NCBI GenBank assembly: GCA_963845185.1
Contig: CAWJRG010000010.1
Span: forward strand, 844,140-908,139
Source of the DNA: an uncultured bacterium
Lineage (GTDB): Bacteria > Oederibacteriota > PGYV01 > CAWJRG01
Length of the DNA: 64,000 nt
Reading direction: 5' to 3'
In this document: positions 57,275-64,000 of the stretch, one piece after another
Layout of the letters: each line of letters begins with the position of its first letter
Numbering within the stretch: the stretch's first letter is position 1
Translations under genes and position numbers: made by a program
The notes under the pieces: model-generated
Told to the model about the DNA's origin: nothing
The model's input: only the letters and a program-made list of their open reading frames with translations
Database searches by the model: none

Positions 57275-59573
57275 GAAAATAGAAAGAATAATCATAGCCC
57301 TTATTTTTATCCTTGTGCCGATTTATTTTTTCAGGGACGGCTTTTCGGCAGGCAGGATACTTTTCGGCCATGACACAATTACGCTTGATTTTCCTTTCAG
57401 GATTTTTGCGCAAAAAATGTTCCAGCAGTACCACGACATGCCTTTATGGATGCCTAATTTATTCGGGGGTATACCCCTGATAGACTCGACAAATCTAATA
57501 TACTTTTATCCGACAAACCTTCTTTATATGATGATGCCTGTACCGCTTTATTATTCTTACGTCATAGACATTATTGTTCACATGCTTGTAGCCGCGTTTG
57601 GGATGTACCTGCTCTTAAGGCAGCTTGAAATGTCAAAAGAAGCATCGCTTTTCGGCGGGTTTGTTTTCATGACTGGAGCTTTCCTGGTATCGCTTGTGTA
57701 TGCCGGGCATTCGGGGAATACAAAAGCAATTGCGCTCATGCCGTATATATTTTATTTTATCAGCAGGGGGATAAAAGAAAAAAAGTTTTTTTATTTTTTA
57801 AATGCCTCAATATTCTGCGCGCTTTGTATCCTGTGCGTCGGCATGCAGGTAATGGCATACGCGTATTTGGGGGCTTTCTTGTATATTTTATACGAGCTTT
57901 TATTCGCCACAAAAGAGCTTGACAAAGAAAAAATACAAAAGACAGCAATATTTTTCATACTGTCGACGGCAATGATTGTTTTATTCAGCGCGCTGCAGTT
58001 TTTCCAATCCGTGGGATATATCCCGTATTCATGGAGAGGCAGTTTTACTTATGACAATTTTGTATCGTGGTCGTTTAATCCAAAGGAAGTTATGACTTTT
58101 TTATTCCCGGATTTTTTTGGGCTGAAAGCAGAGACTTACTGGGGGCCGCTGGATTTCAACCTTACGACTTTTTATCTGGGGATAATACCGCTTATGCTGG
58201 TGCCTTTTGCTTTTGTTGCCGGGAAGTTCAGAAAACCTGCAATATTTTCAGCCGTAATTGTGGCGATATTTTTTATGCTCGGATGCGGAGGCTTTACTCC
58301 GCTGTACAGGATATTTTATTATATCCCGGTATTCAATACATTCAGGAACCCGTCGCGGTTTTTGTATGTTTTTGACATGTTTGTAATAATACTTTCGGCT
58401 TTTGGGATAAACAATTTACTGCTCGCGACACGGGAAAAAGAATATAAAGCCAGTTTCAAAGGGAACATGTTTCTTAAAATATGGATGTGGACAACAGCTG
58501 CGGCAGGAATAACCATATTTATAATGTGGATTTTTACATCAAATATAAATACGGTTTCCGATTTTATTAAAGACTCATTTTCTTATACAAGAAAAACACA
58601 GCCGTCGGATGCATTTATTATGAAAGGCGTGGAATTGTTGGGGCAGGATTTGGCGTATTTTTGCGTAATAGCACTTGCTTTTTTGTTTATAGTTTATTTA
58701 TGGCTGCGCCGGAAGATAAAACAGCCCTATGTTTTCCTGTGCTTAATCGCGGTTTTTGCCCTGATAGACATATACAGGATTGACAAAAGATTCATTATGT
58801 ACAACAACATGTCGGAATTTTTTGACGACAATAACCCGATAATGCAGCAGCTGAAGCAGGACAAGGAGCCGGCGAGAACTATGGATTTCGATTTCAACCT
58901 GTATCCGAATAAGAATATATATTACGGTGTAGAATTTATGTCGGGATATCACGGGCTGTTGCCTTTGAAATATTACACCATGGAAACCAAAGGGGCTTTT
59001 AATAATATAAATACAAGCAGAGTTTATAACATAAAATATTATCTGGTAAAAAACGACGTCAACATGAAGGATATCATTAAAATATTCGACGGCCCGATAA
59101 AAATAATAGAGGATACAAAAGTGATGCCGCGGGCTTTTTTTGTGGATAAAGTAAATAAACTTGACAACGACGACCAGGTGCTTTCTTTTATGTCGTCGGC
59201 GCAGTTTGACCCGGCGTCGGTTTTGACAACAGACAATATTTTTATAAATACAAGCACGGATAAACTGCAATATGATCTGCATATGCTTGAATACACGCCA
59301 AATGAAATAAAAATAGGCCTGGAGACAAACAAAGCAGGGGTACTTGTGCTTTCGAACGCGTATTACCCTTCGTGGCGGGCAAAAGTGGACGGCAGGCCGG
59401 AAAAAATTTATAACGTTGATTACGCGATAATGGGCATACAGGTTGATAAGGGAACACATGAAATAGAGTTTTATTACAGCAGGGTAAAAATTATTGTCAG
59501 CCTGCTGCTGACTTTGCTCGGATTTTTGATTTACGGAGCCGTTTACATGCTTGAAAAAAGGAAGACCAAATGA
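57255..59573 (+). CDS. YfhO-family (GT-C) membrane glycosyltransferase
   Basis: PLW.P..FGG.P, FYP, FRNPSRF and C-terminal YYPSWRA.VDG..G.HEIEF motifs. Confidence 0.85.
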   Translation: MAPLRNKKIERIIIALIFILVPIYFFRDGFSAGRILFGHDTITLDFPFRIFAQKMFQQYHDMPLWMPNLFGGIPLIDSTNLIYFYPTNLLYMMMPVPLYYSYVIDIIVHMLVAAFGMYLLLRQLEMSKEASLFGGFVFMTGAFLVSLVYAGHSGNTKAIALMPYIFYFISRGIKEKKFFYFLNASIFCALCILCVGMQVMAYAYLGAFLYILYELLFATKELDKEKIQKTAIFFILSTAMIVLFSALQFFQSVGYIPYSWRGSFTYDNFVSWSFNPKEVMTFLFPDFFGLKAETYWGPLDFNLTTFYLGIIPLMLVPFAFVAGKFRKPAIFSAVIVAIFFMLGCGGFTPLYRIFYYIPVFNTFRNPSRFLYVFDMFVIILSAFGINNLLLATREKEYKASFKGNMFLKIWMWTTAAAGITIFIMWIFTSNINTVSDFIKDSFSYTRKTQPSDAFIMKGVELLGQDLAYFCVIALAFLFIVYLWLRRKIKQPYVFLCLIAVFALIDIYRIDKRFIMYNNMSEFFDDNNPIMQQLKQDKEPARTMDFDFNLYPNKNIYYGVEFMSGYHGLLPLKYYTMETKGAFNNINTSRVYNIKYYLVKNDVNMKDIIKIFDGPIKIIEDTKVMPRAFFVDKVNKLDNDDQVLSFMSSAQFDPASVLTTDNIFINTSTDKLQYDLHMLEYTPNEIKIGLETNKAGVLVLSNAYYPSWRAKVDGRPEKIYNVDYAIMGIQVDKGTHEIEFYYSRVKIIVSLLLTLLGFLIYGAVYMLEKRKTK

Positions 59574-60274
59574 AAACACTTATTGTCATTCCGACTTATA
59601 ATGAAAAAGAAAACCTTGCAAAGCTGCTGCCGGCTATAAAAAAAGCAAATAATAAGGTGCATGTCCTTATAGTGGACGACGCCTCACCGGACGGAACTTC
59701 CGGATTTGTGAAAAGGCTCGCGAAAAGGGACAGGACAATAAAACTCCTGGAAAGAAAAGCAAAGCTGGGGCTTGGCACTGCCTATAAGGAAGGGTTCAAG
59801 TACGCGCTGGCAAAAAAATACGATTACATATTTGAAATGGACGCTGATTTTTCGCATGACCCGAAATATATAAACGACTTTCTCGACGGGATAAAGCAAA
59901 ACGACCTGGTAATAGGCTCGCGCTACAATAACGGAATAAGCGTTGTAAACTGGCCGCTGAGAAGGCTCATGCTGTCCATGTGGGCAAATTTTTACGTGCG
60001 CACGATTACAGGCATGCCGCTGACCGACTGCACAAGCGGGTTTAAGTGCTTCAGGAGAAAGGTGCTCGAAGCCATAGACATAGACAAGGTGAAATCAGAC
60101 GGATACGCTTTCCAGATAGAGATGCACTATAAGGCATGGAAAAAGAATTTTAAAATCAGGGAAATACCGATAATATTTATAGAGAGGAAATCCGGCGAGT
60201 CGAAAATGTCAAAGGATGTTATCAGGGAAGCCGCTGTGATACCATGGAAACTGAAATTAGGGTTGATAAAATAA
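59570..60274 (+). CDS. Polyprenol-phosphate mannose synthase-like GT2
   Basis: IPTYNEKEN, VDD.SPDGT, KLGLGTAY and MDADFSHDP motifs. Confidence 0.92.
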   Translation: MKTLIVIPTYNEKENLAKLLPAIKKANNKVHVLIVDDASPDGTSGFVKRLAKRDRTIKLLERKAKLGLGTAYKEGFKYALAKKYDYIFEMDADFSHDPKYINDFLDGIKQNDLVIGSRYNNGISVVNWPLRRLMLSMWANFYVRTITGMPLTDCTSGFKCFRRKVLEAIDIDKVKSDGYAFQIEMHYKAWKKNFKIREIPIIFIERKSGESKMSKDVIREAAVIPWKLKLGLIK

Positions 60275-60375
60275 CAATTATTTTGGAATTTTGATTTTTG
60301 ATTTTAGATTGAAATATGCTCTAAATTTTAAACTAAATCATTTATTTTAATTGAAAATATTCATTGGAGGCAGTT

Positions 60376-61338
60376 ATGGCTAAACGTGTACTGGTAACAG
60401 GTGGAGCAGGGTTTATAGGCTCAAACATGGCGGATGAACTTCTGAATGAAGGGTATAAAGTCACAATAATAGACAACGAATCAACAGGTTTGAAAAAAAA
60501 TGTGCCTGCAGCCGCCAAATACATAAAAGGGGATGTTAAGAACAAAAAGGATATTGAAAAGGTTTTTAAGGACAAAATAGACGCTGTTTTTCACATAGCC
60601 GGCTGCGCGTCGACAATCAAGGCCTTTGACAGCCCGGAAGACGACCTTTTTACCAATGTGCTCGGCACGCTGAATATCATAGGAGCGGCAATCAAGCATA
60701 ATGTAACGAGGTTGTTATACGCGAGTTCAATGACGTCATACGGCATCCCAGAAAAACTGCCTATAAAGGAAACCAGCCCTACGAGGCCCATTTCTTATTA
60801 CGGCATAACCAAATATTCTTCCGAGCGTTATGTGCTGGCAACAGGCATGCGCAATGACCTTAAAACGAAGCTTAATACAACTGCGTTCAGGATGTTTAAC
60901 GTGTACGGCAGGCGGCAGTCACTTACAAACCCATATCAGGGGGTTGTCTCGATATTTATCGGCAATGTAATGAGAAAAGAGCCTATAACAATATTCGGCG
61001 ACGGCAAGCAGTCAAGGGACTTTGTGCATATAAAGGACGTGTGCCGCGCATGGATAGGTGCGATTGAAAACAAGAAATCATTCGGGGAGGTTTTTAATAT
61101 CGGCTCCGGGATAAGGGTGTCGATAAATGAGCTGGTGGATGTCACGTTAAAAAGCATGGGACGCAGCAGAAAGGATTACAAGGTATTTTATAAAAAGGAA
61201 AGGCCAGGCGATCAGAGACATATGAAAGCCGATATTTCAAAGGCGAAAAATATGTTGAAATGGAAGCCCGGGATAAAATTTGACAGCGGCATGGCAGACG
61301 TAATCAACTGGGCGATTGAAGAATACGGAAAAAAATGA
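60376..61338 (+). CDS. NAD-dependent epimerase/dehydratase
   Basis: TGGAGFIGS, YGITK, FNVYG and GDGKQSRDFVH motifs. Confidence 0.92.
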   Translation: MAKRVLVTGGAGFIGSNMADELLNEGYKVTIIDNESTGLKKNVPAAAKYIKGDVKNKKDIEKVFKDKIDAVFHIAGCASTIKAFDSPEDDLFTNVLGTLNIIGAAIKHNVTRLLYASSMTSYGIPEKLPIKETSPTRPISYYGITKYSSERYVLATGMRNDLKTKLNTTAFRMFNVYGRRQSLTNPYQGVVSIFIGNVMRKEPITIFGDGKQSRDFVHIKDVCRAWIGAIENKKSFGEVFNIGSGIRVSINELVDVTLKSMGRSRKDYKVFYKKERPGDQRHMKADISKAKNMLKWKPGIKFDSGMADVINWAIEEYGKK

Positions 61339-61880
61339 GGCTTTTTATCGGAATACCCCTTGAAGAAAGGGTTAAATCCGATATTATAAACCTACAAAGC
61401 AAATTTAAAAATGCAGACAAAATTAAATGGGTCAGCAAGGAAAACATGCATGTGACAGTTAAATTTTTAGGGGAAACTTTCGAATCATCGCTGGAAAATA
61501 TTAAATCTGCCCTGGACAAAAGTATTGAAGGCAAAGAAAGTTTTTATATCTCAATCAATAAAGTGCTGGCTTTCCCATCATTAAGAAAAGCAAAAGTTAT
61601 CTGGACAAATGTCGACAAGAATTCCGGAATTATAAAAAAGATATTTGAAGATTTAGAAAATAGCCTCTCTGGAGCAGGATTCGCGAAAGAAGAAAGGGAG
61701 TATACACCACATATAACAATGGCCAGGGTTAAAGACGGCGTTGATATAAGCAGTATTTCGGAACAGTTGAAATTTGAGCATAAAACAAAGATAGAAAGCG
61801 TTATCCTTTTTAAAAGCGAGTTGCATCCGCAGGGCGCGGTTCATACAAAACTTTACGAAGCAAGTCTAAAAACTGTTTAA
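61335..61880 (+). CDS. thpR: RNA 2',3'-cyclic phosphodiesterase (2H family)
   Basis: MRLFIGI start and two HxT motifs (HVT, PHIT). Confidence 0.9.
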   Translation: MRLFIGIPLEERVKSDIINLQSKFKNADKIKWVSKENMHVTVKFLGETFESSLENIKSALDKSIEGKESFYISINKVLAFPSLRKAKVIWTNVDKNSGIIKKIFEDLENSLSGAGFAKEEREYTPHITMARVKDGVDISSISEQLKFEHKTKIESVILFKSELHPQGAVHTKLYEASLKTV

Positions 61881-61945
61881 TGTTAAAAGTTTAATGTTTT
61901 GAACCTTAGACTTTTCAACGTTCAACATTTAACAGCAGGTATCCA

Positions 61946-62623
61946 ATGGTTATCGAAAGAAATATAGTAGCAGATTACGAGAGCTGGTTTTTAACACCGG
62001 CAGGCATGTATGTCGACGAAAAAGAAAAAGAACTTTTAATTGATACCATACGGTTTAAAAAAGGCGAAATGACGCTTAATGCTGGTTCGGGCACAGGCAG
62101 GTATATCGAATACCTGACCGACATCGGGCTTGAAGTGACAGGGATGGAACCGATGTTTGAAATGATTAAAGTCGCAAAATTAAAGTCGAAAATAAAGGAA
62201 GAACAGATTGTGCAGGGGCACTATGAAAACATGCCATTTGCGGACAGCAGTTTTGATAATGTTGTATTTATACATACTTTTGGATTCTCATCGGACAAGG
62301 AAAAGGCGCTGTCCGAAGCGTACAGAGTGGCAAAAAACAAAATAGGAATAGGATTTTTAAACAATAATACATTGGCAAAATTTTTCAGCCCTAGGGAAAG
62401 GAAAGCAGTTTACAGGGATACAAGTTTTTTCAGCGGCACAGAATTAAAAAAGATCGTGCAAAATGCGCTTGGCGATAAAATAAAAAGCTGCAATATCCGG
62501 ATAAAATACACACTTTATATGCCTTTTAACATTGCGCATTTTGTACCTGCGGCTGACGAACTGTTAGAGAAATTGAATTTGCCTTTGGGTAATTTTGGTG
62601 TTATGCTTATACAAAAGAAGTAA
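61946..62623 (+). CDS. Class I SAM-dependent methyltransferase
   Basis: LNAGSGTG, MPFADSSFD and EAYRVA motifs. Confidence 0.8.
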   Translation: MVIERNIVADYESWFLTPAGMYVDEKEKELLIDTIRFKKGEMTLNAGSGTGRYIEYLTDIGLEVTGMEPMFEMIKVAKLKSKIKEEQIVQGHYENMPFADSSFDNVVFIHTFGFSSDKEKALSEAYRVAKNKIGIGFLNNNTLAKFFSPRERKAVYRDTSFFSGTELKKIVQNALGDKIKSCNIRIKYTLYMPFNIAHFVPAADELLEKLNLPLGNFGVMLIQKK

Positions 62624-62714
62624 GTTAAAGAATTGTCAATTAAGAATTTTCAGTTTTCAATGAAGGTTTTAATTGATAACTGAGAATTGATAATTGAAAA
62701 TTAGGTGCAAAAAA

Positions 62715-63653
62715 ATGTCAGTACTTGCTTACATTTACACAGGCATAGGCTCGCAGTATGTGGGCATCGGAAAAGAAGTTTACGACAAAACGTGGGGCAT
62801 GAGGCAGTATTTTGACAAAATGCAGAAAAAAAAGCCGGACTTCAAGGTAAATAAATTCGCTTTCCTGGGGCCAATTGAAGAATTGATGAAGGAAGAAAAC
62901 GGGCTGCCTATAATGTACACATACCAAACCGGGATTTATGAAGTATTGAAACAATACAGGGTAACGCCCGAACAAATGTCAGGCTACAAATCAGGCCAGC
63001 TTGCCGGGCTTGTGAGCTCAGGCGGAGCGTTTTATGAGGATATTTTGGAACTTATATTTAAAAAAGAAGAATTTTTAAAACAGGAAATTACCGTGGACAA
63101 CTTCACCCATTTGTTAGTGACAGGAATTTTAACGGGACAAGCAGGTCAAGTCGCGGCAGAGATAAATAAAACCATGAAAGCCGAAATTTGTGCGTATCTT
63201 ACACCTGACAGTTTGGTTATAATATGCGAAAAGGCAGCAAAGGACAAATTAACCGAAATTTTCAAAAAGCTGAAAGCCGATGCTGTAATTACGGAACTTC
63301 CAAACGAGGAAATTTCAAATTTTTCACTGCTTGAGGGAATTGCCCAAAAGCTCATACCTGAATTTAAAAATTTAAAGATGGACAAACCCATACACAGAAT
63401 TGTTTCCCAGACAACAGGCAATTATTACGACAGTGTGGCCGAGATAAGGGAGAGTTTCATGGATTATTTGACCAAACCAGCAAGGCTTGATATGGTATTT
63501 ACAACCATGCTAAAAAACGGGGTAAATACCTTTGTTGAGCTTGGCTGCGGAAGTATGCTGGGAAGGGCAGTTAAGAAGATTGATTCAGGAAAAAGAATAT
63601 TGTCAACCCATGATATAAAAACATTAAGCCTGGTCGTGAAGCTGGCAAATTAA
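62715..63653 (+). CDS. FabD (malonyl-CoA:ACP transacylase)-fold protein with a degenerate active site
   Basis: G.GSQYVG.G and FVELGCG..L are retained, but GHSxG reads GYKSG. Confidence 0.75.
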   Translation: MSVLAYIYTGIGSQYVGIGKEVYDKTWGMRQYFDKMQKKKPDFKVNKFAFLGPIEELMKEENGLPIMYTYQTGIYEVLKQYRVTPEQMSGYKSGQLAGLVSSGGAFYEDILELIFKKEEFLKQEITVDNFTHLLVTGILTGQAGQVAAEINKTMKAEICAYLTPDSLVIICEKAAKDKLTEIFKKLKADAVITELPNEEISNFSLLEGIAQKLIPEFKNLKMDKPIHRIVSQTTGNYYDSVAEIRESFMDYLTKPARLDMVFTTMLKNGVNTFVELGCGSMLGRAVKKIDSGKRILSTHDIKTLSLVVKLAN

Positions 63654-63778
63654 AACCGTTTGTCAGTTTAAATTCCGGGAAACCCTGCATAAAGATAAAA
63701 AATTTTGTATTTTCACTCAAGATTATTTAATTATTAGCGATAGTAATATTGAGATACTACAACAAACAGAAAGGATGA

Positions 63779-63985
63779 ATGCAAATGGCACAGGACAAGG
63801 AAATTCTGAAAAAGCTTATGCAAGGCGAGAATCTGGAAGATTTAAAAAAAGTGAGGGATTATCTAAGGGAGAATCCGCTTGCAAATATAATGGAAGTTAA
63901 TTCAGGTACGGGGGTGTCTGCCGAACAAATATTAAATTTTGTTCACTTAGGGATTTTTAACCTTAAAAAACCAAGAAAAAAATAG
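63779..63985 (+). CDS. Small YvyF-like helix-turn-helix protein
   Basis: KVRDYLRENP.A.I.EV..GTGVS...I..F...G. Confidence 0.6.
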   Translation: MQMAQDKEILKKLMQGENLEDLKKVRDYLRENPLANIMEVNSGTGVSAEQILNFVHLGIFNLKKPRKK

Positions 63986-64000
63986 ATACCCACGGCTAAC

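Noticed and set aside
58743..59579. Long antisense ORFs (also 2024-2761, 11393-12079, 41474-42094, 26924-27349)
   Set aside because: Each fully overlaps a well-supported gene on the other strand and has no recognisable motif.

Overview
Gene-dense, AT-leaning chromosomal window from a diderm bacterium (TolC, AsmA, beta-barrels, PorV-like protein). The Firmicutes-like efp-accBC-asp23-amaP order and the Thr-rich surface protein tentatively suggest a candidate phylum such as Goldbacteria/Firestonebacteria; this is inference only. Genes include recA (partial), tRNA-Ile2(CAT), a GH2 beta-glucuronidase cluster, purC, efp-accB-accC, thiE/thiC, a minor-pilin plus O-antigen-ligase-like cluster, a MarR-TolC operon with two RND modules, a 1696-aa Ig-repeat/Thr-rich protein with a PorV-like partner, queH, glycosylation genes, thpR and a degenerate FabD. 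I found no transposase, integrase, prophage, rRNA or CRISPR array. The main unexplained signal is four kinds of dispersed structured repeat. (1) A two-hairpin element of about 95-165 nt occurs in six co-oriented copies, with compensatory stem changes and conserved internal loops; four copies end directly at a Shine-Dalgarno sequence. (2) A GC-rich palindromic element of about 95-165 nt occurs in three copies, two inserted in frame in proteins. (3) GTAG-type REP-like hairpins. (4) 7-nt-periodic inverted arrays. Protein oddities include a non-canonical EF-P loop, hairpin-less RND adaptors, a FabD pseudoenzyme and Trp/Gly-rich pilin loops. All calls are by eye; no searches were run.
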